Source of the DNA: an uncultured virus (IMG/VR IMGVR_UViG_3300006930_000006)
Taxonomy: Duplodnaviria > Heunggongvirae > Uroviricota > Caudoviricetes
IMG/VR virus record: IMGVR_UViG_3300006930_000006
DNA: 57,297 bases
Reading direction: 5' to 3' (one strand)
How positions within the stretch are numbered: position 1 is the first letter of the stretch; every line of letters starts with the position of its first letter. The position numbers were made by a program, and so were the translations under genes. Under the pieces are notes generated by a model, which worked only from the letters and a program-made list of their open reading frames with translations, ran no database searches and was not told where the DNA came from. Below are positions 9,489 through 18,686 of the stretch, in pieces.

Positions 9489-10099
9489 TGGCTCAAACAG
9501 AGACATTTTTAGGTAAATTAACCAAGCAAAGGGATGCTATTGGACTTCGTAAGATGTCCACGGATTCTATGGATTGGTTTAGAAAGAAAGTATCTTTACT
9601 CGGTAAGTCTGCTTTTCAACGAGTTATGTCAGATGCTCAAGCAACCAATAAGATGCTTGCTAGAAGTCCTGGTATAGGTTTTATGTACACTTTTGCTTAC
9701 TTTGCTAAGTGGGACGAGACATTACCTTATTGGGATAGATTCCCTTTGATTTTTATTATTGGTAGTTATGAAGATGGATTCCTTGGATTAAATCTACATT
9801 ACTTACCACCAAAGTTAAGAGCTATATTATTAGATGCTTTGATGGCATTTGCAAGTAATAAAAGTATGCCAACAAAAGTAAAGATTAATGCAACATACCA
9901 AACACTTAAAGGATTTTCTAAGTTTGACTTAGTGAAGCCTTGTGTAAAGAGATACTTGTTTAGTCAGTTAAGAAGTGGTATAGCTAAAATATCCTCGGAC
10001 GAATGGGAACCAGCTATATTTCTACCATACGAAAGCTTTGTTAGAAGTTCTAACTCTGGTGTATGGTCGGATAGTATCAGAGGTATAAGGAAGAAATAA
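9488..10099 (+). CDS. 2: DNA end protector protein (gp2)
   Basis: LPYWDRFPL, GLNLHYLPP, PCVKRYL motifs. Confidence 0.93.
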   Translation: MAQTETFLGKLTKQRDAIGLRKMSTDSMDWFRKKVSLLGKSAFQRVMSDAQATNKMLARSPGIGFMYTFAYFAKWDETLPYWDRFPLIFIIGSYEDGFLGLNLHYLPPKLRAILLDALMAFASNKSMPTKVKINATYQTLKGFSKFDLVKPCVKRYLFSQLRSGIAKISSDEWEPAIFLPYESFVRSSNSGVWSDSIRGIRKK

Positions 10100-10650
10100 T
10101 GAGTAATTCTGAAAGAATAACACAGTCATCTTTAAGATGGGTAAATAAAAACATAATGCAAGAGTTCCTTGGTGTAGCAGTCAATGGAGCCAGACAGAAT
10201 AGGTTTATTATAAACATTGTTGATACTAATACTAGATACCTAACCTTGGCTTGTCAAAGAGTAAAGTTACCAGGTATTACAACTGGAACCAATGACTTAA
10301 AGCACTTTGGTGAATTACATAAGAAAATAGCTGCAAATCGTACTTTTGGAGATGCTACGATGGAGTTTATTCTAAGTGAGTCCGGAAAGGAACGTGATTA
10401 TTTTGTTAATTGGATGGACGAAACCTTTGATAGAACTACTAACACAGCAAAGTTTTTAGAGGACTATGTAAAAGATATTGAGATCCTAACACTGGATCTA
10501 GAAGGGAAGACAACTGGTGGGGTAAAGTTAATCAATGCATATCCACTTAATATCGGTGATATAGATTACAATATGAGCCAAGATAATGCTATAGTGCTTT
10601 TACCAGTAACCTTTACATTTTATAACCTACAAGAAATTAAACATACTTAA
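10099..10650 (+). CDS. Baseplate-tail tube initiator (gp54-like, tail-tube fold)
   Basis: ARQNRF, LPG, FVNWMD, LINAYPLNIG, VTFTF; gp19-like pattern. Confidence 0.75.
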   Translation: MSNSERITQSSLRWVNKNIMQEFLGVAVNGARQNRFIINIVDTNTRYLTLACQRVKLPGITTGTNDLKHFGELHKKIAANRTFGDATMEFILSESGKERDYFVNWMDETFDRTTNTAKFLEDYVKDIEILTLDLEGKTTGGVKLINAYPLNIGDIDYNMSQDNAIVLLPVTFTFYNLQEIKHT

Positions 10651-10666
10651 CAACGGAGACTAGATA

Positions 10667-11362
10667 ATGACATTAAATAATATAATAACAACACCAACCT
10701 ATACTTTGAAATTACCAGTTAGTGGTAAAGATATCAAGTATAGACCATTTTTGGTAAAAGATGAAAAGATTCTATTACTTGCACAGAATGAGTCTGATAC
10801 AAAGAATAGAATTGAGTCTGTAAAGCAAGTATTACGTAATTGCATATTGACAGAAGTAGATCTTGATAACTTACCGATTACGGATATTGAGTTTATATTC
10901 TTACATACAAGAATGAAATCCAAAGGGGAAGTTATAAATCTTATTAATACTTGTAAAGATTGCAAAGAAAAGAAAGCAATCGCTTTTAACCTTAATGAGG
11001 TAAAAGTACAGAATAATAAGAAAATAGATAACAAAATAATGATTAGTGATACTGTTGGAATTGTTTTACAATACCCAACATTTACCACAGCTGAAAAGTT
11101 TGCAACACTAGACGAAGGTGATAATATCAAGTTCATTGCAAACTGTATAGAATGTGTTTTTTCTGGTGATAAGGTATATGATTCTAAGACAACAACTCCA
11201 GAGGAATATGTTGAGTTCTTAGATAAGTTAGAGATATCACAATTCAAGCAACTTATTGAATTCTTTGAGAATCTACCAAGATTGCTTGGTGTTATAGAAT
11301 ATGATTGTAAATGTGGAAAGCATATTAAGATAGAGTTGGAAGGTCTATCCAATTTTTTATGA
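10667..11362 (+). CDS. 26: Baseplate hub assembly protein (gp26)
   Basis: PTYTLKLPVSG, YRPFLVKDEKILL, DIEFIFL, KSKGE, FFENLP, C-terminal CKCG...LEGLSNF. Confidence 0.92.
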   Translation: MTLNNIITTPTYTLKLPVSGKDIKYRPFLVKDEKILLLAQNESDTKNRIESVKQVLRNCILTEVDLDNLPITDIEFIFLHTRMKSKGEVINLINTCKDCKEKKAIAFNLNEVKVQNNKKIDNKIMISDTVGIVLQYPTFTTAEKFATLDEGDNIKFIANCIECVFSGDKVYDSKTTTPEEYVEFLDKLEISQFKQLIEFFENLPRLLGVIEYDCKCGKHIKIELEGLSNFL

Positions 11363-11538
11363 TATTAGTTGGTGCTGAAAGTTTATCGGCTTACTACACC
11401 ACCAACTTTAACTTAGTAAAGCTACACAATTTTACGATAAGTGAGCTTGAAAATATGATACCATACGAGAGGGAAGTGTATATTTCATTATTAGAAGATT
11501 ATATAAAAAAGGAAGAGGAACGATTAAATGGAAAATGA
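11359..11538 (+). CDS. 51: Baseplate hub assembly catalyst (gp51-like, 59 aa, not in ORF track)
   Basis: YYTTNFNLVKLHNFTISELENMIPYEREVYISLL matches the gp51 pattern; ATGA overlap with gp26, in the -1 frame. Confidence 0.88.
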   Translation: MILVGAESLSAYYTTNFNLVKLHNFTISELENMIPYEREVYISLLEDYIKKEEERLNGK

Positions 11539-11779
11539 GGTAGTAGAAATGGGTAATGAAAAAGTTCCGAATAAAAGAACGCAAAGAAAAAGAATGGCTT
11601 GGTTCGCTCTTGTTAGTATGCCATTGACAGTTCTTTTGTTAGCAATATGTCCAGAGTCAAAGTTGGTTGCAATGGACGAGATTCTTACTTGGTATTTTAT
11701 CGGTATGACATCAATCGTTGGTGCGTATGTTGGATTCTCAAGTTTTGAAGACAAAATCAACAAGAAAGTAAATGAGTAA
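11528..11779 (+). CDS. Small two-TM membrane protein, possibly holin-like
   Basis: RKRMAWFAL followed by two hydrophobic helices and a charged C-terminus. Confidence 0.55.
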   Translation: MENEVVEMGNEKVPNKRTQRKRMAWFALVSMPLTVLLLAICPESKLVAMDEILTWYFIGMTSIVGAYVGFSSFEDKINKKVNE

Positions 11780-11784
11780 ATAAA

Positions 11785-12474
11785 ATGGCTACAGTACAAT
11801 ATCCAGCAAATCTTCGTAATGATAAAATTATTGGTAAAACATTGTTTATTGCCAAAGCACCAGCTGGTTCCTTAAATCGTGGTGGAAATATCGGTTATAA
11901 CTCTGTTTTATTACCATTACCAGAATCTATGGCAAATCCAGTAAGTCCAAGATATGCAGCTGATACAGGTAGAATAAACAAATTGATTGGTGGTGAAGAT
12001 ACCGGTATAATCGGTGGTGCTGCAGCAACTGCAACATCATTTACCACAGGTCTGACTGGAACAAAAGGTGCTGGATTAACTAAGTCTGCTGGTATTGTAG
12101 CCAATACATTTATGACACTATACTTTGAAGGTATGGATATGCGTGTCTTTGACTTTAAGTATAACCTAATACCACAATCAGTAGAAGACCAAGATGCTAT
12201 TATGGCAATCATTAAGTTCTTCCAGTTTCATAGCTCACCAGGTGGAGATAAAGAAACCGAGGGAACCTTAGATTATCCATCTGTATTTAATATAACCTTT
12301 CAAGGTAAGTCTGCTGCTTTTCTACCAAAGATACAACCAGAGGTAGTTTGCACTTCTTGCATACCAACCTTTGAGAATCTTGATACTGGATTTTATACAG
12401 GTATGCCAGCAAAAGTATCATTAGAACTTAAGTTCTCAGAACAAAAGATCGTAACCAAAGAAGATTTTAGATAG
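11785..12474 (+). CDS. 48: Baseplate tail tube cap (gp48)
   Basis: QYP, LPLP, FEGMDMRVFDFKYNLIPQS, IIKFF, YPSVF, LELKFSE. Confidence 0.85.
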   Translation: MATVQYPANLRNDKIIGKTLFIAKAPAGSLNRGGNIGYNSVLLPLPESMANPVSPRYAADTGRINKLIGGEDTGIIGGAAATATSFTTGLTGTKGAGLTKSAGIVANTFMTLYFEGMDMRVFDFKYNLIPQSVEDQDAIMAIIKFFQFHSSPGGDKETEGTLDYPSVFNITFQGKSAAFLPKIQPEVVCTSCIPTFENLDTGFYTGMPAKVSLELKFSEQKIVTKEDFR

Positions 12475-12484
12475 GAGTTATATA

Positions 12485-12994
12485 ATGGCTTATTTTGAGA
12501 AGTTTAATCTAATAACATATAATAATACAATCTGCACAAACTTACTGCAACGTGTGATTAGTAATAACCAGTTACCACAACAGTACTTTACTTATTATGT
12601 TGTGCAAGACGGTGAGAAACCAGAAACGGTTGCTTATAAACTCTATGGTAATGCAGAATATCACTGGGTTATTATCCTATTGAATAATATAATAAATCCA
12701 CAATTTGACTGGATTTTATCTTCAGTAGAACTAACAAGATATATAGACAAAAAGTATGGTTCTTATAATGGATCTTTAGTTCATCATTATGAAACAACAA
12801 GTGCTTCGGAACCACAGTTACCAGCAGGAACAGTAGTAAACTCAGATTTTATACCTGCTGATTGGATTGTTGCAGTAACTAATGAAGAGTATGAGTCTGC
12901 TATCAATGAAACTAAAAGACAAATCAAAGTAATCAATCCAACATACTTAAAACAATTTGAAAGAGATATAGAGAAACTCTTAAAGGTTAACTAA
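12485..12994 (+). CDS. 53: Baseplate wedge subunit (gp53, LysM-like)
   Basis: MAYFEKF, GEKPETVAYKLYG, HWVIILLNNI, HHYET, NETKRQIK. Confidence 0.93.
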   Translation: MAYFEKFNLITYNNTICTNLLQRVISNNQLPQQYFTYYVVQDGEKPETVAYKLYGNAEYHWVIILLNNIINPQFDWILSSVELTRYIDKKYGSYNGSLVHHYETTSASEPQLPAGTVVNSDFIPADWIVAVTNEEYESAINETKRQIKVINPTYLKQFERDIEKLLKVN

Positions 12995-12995
12995 T

Positions 12996-14402
12996 ATGTC
13001 CGGTGATGTAAAAACAAGAATTAACTCTAATGAAAGTACTGCATTACAGAAGAATCTTGCTGAGATTGACTATATCCAGTTGGTATCTAACTCTAATGAT
13101 ATATATGATATTAAAAGGATAATTACAGAAATTGAAGTCTACGAAGATCTAATTAGACCAGCAATATCAGCAACTATAAAGATAGCTGATGATAAATGCT
13201 TTCTTGATATGCTACCTATTACCGGATTTGAGACCATCAGAATTAAGTTTAAGTCTATGAATTATAAACCAAAAGATATATTTGATGGTTATGTAAAAGA
13301 GTTTATTATCGTTCGTTTAAGAAACATTATACAAGAAAAAGAAGATTTAAAGACCTATACCCTGGATCTAGTTACTAAGGATGCACTTGAAGATATGCGG
13401 TTGAAGATAACTAAGTCTTATCGTAATATGAAAGCATCTGATATTGTAAAGGAATTATTGACCAGCAAAGAACCTTATGGATTAGGTTTACCACTAACAG
13501 GTCGTAAAGAAGAATATGACAGAAAGAGTATTACAATAGAGCCAACCAAGTTTGATGATAGTGTTATTGGAACTTATAAAAGTCCTTTTGAAATGATTAC
13601 TTGGTTAGCTTCACGTTCCATTGGTGAATACATAAACACCAAAGGAAAACAAGTATCTGCTAATTACTTTTTCTTTGAGAATAAACGTGGATATAACTTC
13701 ACACCAATAGAAAAGTTATCTTATGCAGATCCAAAAGGCACTTTTCTTTATGGACTTCGTGATAATGTAGAAAAACACCGTGAGATAATGTATTCTAATA
13801 ATGGTGTCAAAAAGGATCTAATACACGAACTAGGCTTTCCAGAGAACTATAACATTGTGCAGAACTTTAGAAATGGTATGTATTCCAATCGTGTTTTATC
13901 ATATAATATCAACACCGGAGATATAAATGATATAAAATCTAACTATCAGGAATACTTTGCAGACTATGACAATATGTCTGGTGGTCAAAAGTTACTGCCA
14001 GAAAATATGATAGATCGTGTTATAAATCAAAACGATGCTTGTCTTAAAGCTATACCAACTTGCCCAGTTCTTTATGATGATATGCCGTCAGAGATTACTT
14101 TACCAGAGCAATATGTTATGAATAGGTTAGTTTATAGACAGATTCTAAATAATAACAGAATTCATTTGACAATCAACGCAAACTCGTTATATACAGTTGG
14201 GGACATAGTTAATATAGAAATATATGATACTAAAATGGTACAAGACGGTAACGGAGTTCAAAAACAAGTAGATCTGAATAAGTTCTATAGTGGGAAATAC
14301 TTGATTACAGCAGTTAGACATATTATAACAAGAACAAGTTACTTAATGCGAATTGAAGTAATAAGGGATAACGTAGAGAATCTAATGGGGATTAAATTAT
14401 AA
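12996..14402 (+). CDS. Baseplate hub protein (gp27-like)
   Basis: Position between gp53 and gp5; VYEDL, LPITGFE, YFFFE, SGKYLITAVRH. Confidence 0.75.
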   Translation: MSGDVKTRINSNESTALQKNLAEIDYIQLVSNSNDIYDIKRIITEIEVYEDLIRPAISATIKIADDKCFLDMLPITGFETIRIKFKSMNYKPKDIFDGYVKEFIIVRLRNIIQEKEDLKTYTLDLVTKDALEDMRLKITKSYRNMKASDIVKELLTSKEPYGLGLPLTGRKEEYDRKSITIEPTKFDDSVIGTYKSPFEMITWLASRSIGEYINTKGKQVSANYFFFENKRGYNFTPIEKLSYADPKGTFLYGLRDNVEKHREIMYSNNGVKKDLIHELGFPENYNIVQNFRNGMYSNRVLSYNINTGDINDIKSNYQEYFADYDNMSGGQKLLPENMIDRVINQNDACLKAIPTCPVLYDDMPSEITLPEQYVMNRLVYRQILNNNRIHLTINANSLYTVGDIVNIEIYDTKMVQDGNGVQKQVDLNKFYSGKYLITAVRHIITRTSYLMRIEVIRDNVENLMGIKL

Positions 14403-15919
14403 TGCAAGACAACAGATTTCTAGGTAGAAATGGATTCTATTGGTTCTTCGGTGTAGTAGAAGATCGCAACGATCCTTTACGTATGGGTAGAGTTCGTGTT
14501 AGAATTATTGGTTACCATACAGAAAACAAAAATGACTTACCCACGGAAGACTTGCCTTGGGCTTCCCCTATTCTACCAATTACAGCTGCTAGCATATCAG
14601 GTGTTGGATCTGCTCCAATCGGTCCAATAGAAGGAACTCGTGTTTTCGGATTCTTCATAGATGGTGAGTCAGCACAAATACCTATGATACTTGGATCCTT
14701 GCCTGGAGTGCGTGTCTCTGCAGTAGATCTATCAGAAGGCTTTTCGGATCCCTCTGGCACCTATCCGATTGTGCCAGAACCTGATTATACGGAAGGTAGT
14801 CCAGTACCAGATAACAGTCATTTCATTGGAACTTCAAACGATGAAGTAAATTATATTAATGAATTAGATAGCTTACAAGCAGATTTAATTGGAATAAGTG
14901 ATTTAGCTAAAACGGAACTACAGAATCTTAACGGTGCTAGTTATGTATCTTCTGGCATACAAGAATCTATCAATCTAATTGATGGAATGCTTAATAGTGG
15001 AACTCAGACTAATCTTGCTCAGTTAGTTACTACACTTAACAATGTTTCTGGAGTTAATAGTAATCTAACAGGTTTCAATGAGATTCTAACAACACAAGCA
15101 TTAGTTGGGGAAGCAATCAATAAGATAAATGGTTCGGGCAACTTTACAGACAATTTATATAGTGCCAAGTCTATTCTTGGTAGATTTACAGTATTCACAC
15201 CAACAGTAGATAAGATAAACAAGGTTGAAGCTGTAAAGACGGAGCTGATACAATTTAATCAAAGTTTTGTTGGTGTTTCTCAGTTTTCAACTATACCAAT
15301 GACACCGATTATTGACGCTGCGCTAAAAGCTATTAGTGTTGGTGGAACTTCGGTATCGGATCTTATTGCAATGTATAATACGGTAAATGCTAATGTAATG
15401 ACAGCATATAACCAAGTAACTACTATGAAGCAATCAATCCCTACACAGATAAGCAATTCTAATATCACTACATTACTTGGATTGGCAAACAATATGATTG
15501 GTAAAGTACAGATGCCAGTAGATGGTTCTATTATTACCAATTATGGATTGAGAAAGAATCCATTATCCCAACAAGTTATATCTTTTCATAAAGGTGTTGA
15601 TATAGAAGCACCAACTGGAACTATGATAAATGCAGTAGATACCGGTGTGGTTACTTTTGCTGGTAATTATGAAAGCTATGGTAACCTTGTAGTGATTAAA
15701 CATAAGAACGGAACGGCAGCAAGGTATGGTTTACTTGGTTCTATATTAGTATCAGTCAATGATATTGTTGGTAAGGGACAAGTTATAGGAACTGCTGGAA
15801 CGAATAATTTACATTTAGAACTAAGAGCAAATGAATTATTAGATGATAATGTACCAAGTATAGATCCAACACCGATACTAACTGGATCTTCTGTGGTAGA
15901 AACAATAGAATGGAATTAG
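14402..15919 (+). CDS. gp5 N-terminal half: OB-fold + helical linker + M23 (LytM)-like domain
   Basis: WFFGVVEDRNDPLRMGRVRVRIIGYH...LPWA...VFGFFIDG = gp5 OB fold; C-terminal HKGVD, YGNLVVIKH, VGKGQVIG, LHLELR, IDP = M23 fold. Confidence 0.88.
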   Translation: MQDNRFLGRNGFYWFFGVVEDRNDPLRMGRVRVRIIGYHTENKNDLPTEDLPWASPILPITAASISGVGSAPIGPIEGTRVFGFFIDGESAQIPMILGSLPGVRVSAVDLSEGFSDPSGTYPIVPEPDYTEGSPVPDNSHFIGTSNDEVNYINELDSLQADLIGISDLAKTELQNLNGASYVSSGIQESINLIDGMLNSGTQTNLAQLVTTLNNVSGVNSNLTGFNEILTTQALVGEAINKINGSGNFTDNLYSAKSILGRFTVFTPTVDKINKVEAVKTELIQFNQSFVGVSQFSTIPMTPIIDAALKAISVGGTSVSDLIAMYNTVNANVMTAYNQVTTMKQSIPTQISNSNITTLLGLANNMIGKVQMPVDGSIITNYGLRKNPLSQQVISFHKGVDIEAPTGTMINAVDTGVVTFAGNYESYGNLVVIKHKNGTAARYGLLGSILVSVNDIVGKGQVIGTAGTNNLHLELRANELLDDNVPSIDPTPILTGSSVVETIEWN

Positions 15920-15923
15920 AATA

Positions 15924-16739
15924 ATGAAAACCTTTTTAATAAATCCAGCAAATGATATCAATGAGTTAGCTACTGGTGATGATAGAACCAAGGTTGCTTT
16001 TCAAAATGAAGTTCGCATAACCACGGCAAAGACTGCCACAGATTCTACCATAGAGGAACCAGCAACTCAGTCTGCTCCAAAGTATCCATATAACCACGTT
16101 AATACAACGGAATCTGGTCACATTAAAGAATATGATGATACCCCCGGTAAAGAACGTATCTTTGAGATGCACAGATCTGGAACCTTTTATGAGATTAGTC
16201 CTGATGGATCCAAAGTAACTAAAGTTTTTGGTGATGGTTTTGAGATAATACTTGCAGATAATGCGGTAATCGTTGGTGGTAATCGTAATGTTATTGTCAA
16301 TGGTGATTGCAATCTTCTAGTCCAGGGTGATATTACAGAAAAAGTTGGTGGTAACTATACTCAGATCGTCAATGGTAATTATACCTTACGGGTAGAAGGT
16401 GACTATGTATCAAGAGCAACTAATCATCAGATAGAAGGTGTAAGTTATCAAACCATATTATCTGGAGCTATAAATCTGCAATCAGCACAAACAACTATTA
16501 GAAAATGCCATATAGTAGATTTTACTCTAACAGGTAATATCGTTGCTAATAGTTTAGGTTCTGGTGCAATATCTAATGGAACGGTTGACTGGGCAAATAA
16601 TGGTACAACACCAACAAGTAAAGATCCAGGTAAAGGACAAGATGTATCTGACTTAATAACACCGGCAGTGGATACCCAGTTGTCAAAAAAGAATACTGGC
16701 AATACACAAAGTAGAGTCTTTAAGAAAAGGTTTAGCTAA
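15924..16739 (+). CDS. gp5 C-terminal half (spike beta-helix)
   Basis: YPYNHV, TESGHIKEYDDTPGKERI, HRSGTFYEI, PDG, VxGxxxxx octapeptide repeats. Confidence 0.9.
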   Translation: MKTFLINPANDINELATGDDRTKVAFQNEVRITTAKTATDSTIEEPATQSAPKYPYNHVNTTESGHIKEYDDTPGKERIFEMHRSGTFYEISPDGSKVTKVFGDGFEIILADNAVIVGGNRNVIVNGDCNLLVQGDITEKVGGNYTQIVNGNYTLRVEGDYVSRATNHQIEGVSYQTILSGAINLQSAQTTIRKCHIVDFTLTGNIVANSLGSGAISNGTVDWANNGTTPTSKDPGKGQDVSDLITPAVDTQLSKKNTGNTQSRVFKKRFS

Positions 16740-17800
16740 TGACAGCACTTAGTCTTTATGAGATTAAAAAATATGGTATTGATAGAATTTGCATACTTGC
16801 GGATAAGATCTACCACGGACAATCATTAAAGACTATAGACCAAAAGTATATTAAAATAGATTCTTTACAATATGAAGATATCACAATAACAGTTGGTAAA
16901 AGTACTCATAGACAGTTTGAAAATAGACTAATTAAGTTCTTTGATAAAATACCAAACAAAGCAAGGGTTACCATAAACAATAGATATAATCTTGGATATC
17001 TACTAAAATCAGAAGACTTCGGTGGAGAACCAAAAGGTAATCAAGGTAATAAGTTTGAAGATGATGTTTATCGGAATCTAATAACAAGAACTGGTAAGTA
17101 TAAAGAACTGATTGATTTCATTAACAAATATAAAATAAACACTATAAGCAACTCTGCTGGTTATAAACCATTTAGACCATTGATAATCAAAAATAAAAGT
17201 ATCGTAAGTGGTCTAATAGATTCTGAATGCGATTTATCCGATGTTGGTAATGCAGTAGCTGATATTCAATTATATACTAAGTACAGACGGATAAACCTAT
17301 CTCTAAAATATGGTAATAGAATATCCTTAATTAACAATAGTATAATTGGATTGATACCAGTAAGTAGTTATAGAACTGGCAAGTTTTCTGATAATGCAAA
17401 GAAACTATTAGAGTTCTTTGGAATAGATACCAACAAGTTTAGATCTTCATTTACAAGATATAAAGGAACTTCAATAGGTTGTGATGAGATCGTTGATGTT
17501 AGTAATAGTGTAAATATATATAGAATCCGCAAGTTTATATCCTCTGTTATTGGAACTAATTATTATATGGTACATTTTTATAAAGGTTTATCAATAAAAA
17601 GAATAGATTCCACGGTAAATGCTGATTGGTCTAATATAAATAGAGTTAAGGTAATCTATCCAAAGAATAATTGTAAGAAGCAAGTGGAAGTTAGATTAGT
17701 TGGTGATAAGGTGGATTTTGTTATAAGTTTTAGGAATACCCGTGGTGGAATACTACCATCTCATTTATTATGTTATATAGTTTTTAAAGAGGGCAGGTAA
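16739..17800 (+). CDS. Basic hypothetical protein, possible PD-(D/E)XK-type endonuclease
   Basis: Lys/Arg-rich; GNKFE ... ADIQL ... NLSLK pattern resembles restriction-like nuclease cores. Confidence 0.45.
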   Translation: MTALSLYEIKKYGIDRICILADKIYHGQSLKTIDQKYIKIDSLQYEDITITVGKSTHRQFENRLIKFFDKIPNKARVTINNRYNLGYLLKSEDFGGEPKGNQGNKFEDDVYRNLITRTGKYKELIDFINKYKINTISNSAGYKPFRPLIIKNKSIVSGLIDSECDLSDVGNAVADIQLYTKYRRINLSLKYGNRISLINNSIIGLIPVSSYRTGKFSDNAKKLLEFFGIDTNKFRSSFTRYKGTSIGCDEIVDVSNSVNIYRIRKFISSVIGTNYYMVHFYKGLSIKRIDSTVNADWSNINRVKVIYPKNNCKKQVEVRLVGDKVDFVISFRNTRGGILPSHLLCYIVFKEGR

Positions 17801-18010
17801 ATGGAATTCAAATCAAGATTAGCAAAGATATTCAATGAAGTACAAGAACAAAAGAATATCCAAGAACTTAAAGCAAAAGTAAAACAAGCTCGTGAAGAAT
17901 ATGGTTATAGGGATCCAGACCACTGTCAAGAATTAGTAGATGCCGAGTGTGAATATAAAGAAGCAGTTGCGCAAGCTATTGAAAAAAGAATGGAAAAATT
18001 AGGTTTTTAA
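17801..18010 (+). CDS. Hypothetical protein
   Basis: 69-aa ORF with SD, tightly packed. Confidence 0.7.
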   Translation: MEFKSRLAKIFNEVQEQKNIQELKAKVKQAREEYGYRDPDHCQELVDAECEYKEAVAQAIEKRMEKLGF

Positions 18011-18011
18011 T

Positions 18012-18284
18012 ATGAAACAAAATATAATCAATAGTATAAATAACTTATTGAAGACACAGCATATTGACCAGTTAACTGTAATTGAAAGTTTGAGATTTCT
18101 TAATGATTGGTATACTAAATTCTCATTAGATCCAGTTATTATACCACAAGAAGATTCTGTTATATGTTTAGATTTCAATACATTTATACTGGTGTTTTAT
18201 GTAGATAAGATTGAGTTTATAAAAGAACCAGAACTATTAACCTTTGGAAGTGCAAGAGAATTATGGCAGTATCTAACAAAATAG
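18012..18284 (+). CDS. Hypothetical protein
   Basis: 90-aa ORF, tightly packed, overlaps the gp25 start. Confidence 0.65.
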   Translation: MKQNIINSINNLLKTQHIDQLTVIESLRFLNDWYTKFSLDPVIIPQEDSVICLDFNTFILVFYVDKIEFIKEPELLTFGSARELWQYLTK

Positions 18285-18685
18285 CGGATAATAATGGAAC
18301 GTATCAGTATAAAGATATTGATGTTAGCTTTCTAAAGCATCCGATAACTAATGACATAAGAACCAAGACTGACGTAGAAGCTATTAAGCAAAGTGTATCT
18401 AATCTTTTGCAAACAAGTTTTTACGAAAGAGCTTTCCATCCAGAGATTGGTTCGTTATTAAAAGCTACATTATTTGAGCCATTGGACGATATTACAAAAG
18501 CTTTGGTATTTGAAGAGATTAAGACCATTATAAAGAATTGGGAGCCACGTGTAATACTTCAAGATGTTGAGATAAACGAAGATCCAGATGGTAATGAGTT
18601 AAGAATAACAGTTTCCTTTCAGATTACTGGCCGCATAGAATTAGGAACGATAACACAAACAGTTTCTTTAATAAGAGTAAGATAA
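18263..18685 (+). CDS. 25: Baseplate wedge subunit (gp25)
   Basis: YKDID, HPITND, AIKQSVSNLLQT, ERAFHPEIGS, LFEP, WEPRV. Confidence 0.95.
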   Translation: MAVSNKIADNNGTYQYKDIDVSFLKHPITNDIRTKTDVEAIKQSVSNLLQTSFYERAFHPEIGSLLKATLFEPLDDITKALVFEEIKTIIKNWEPRVILQDVEINEDPDGNELRITVSFQITGRIELGTITQTVSLIRVR

Positions 18686-18686
18686 G

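Noticed and set aside
15917..15926. TAG readthrough joining the two gp5 halves
   Set aside because: The downstream ATG is in a different frame (+1), so simple readthrough cannot fuse them
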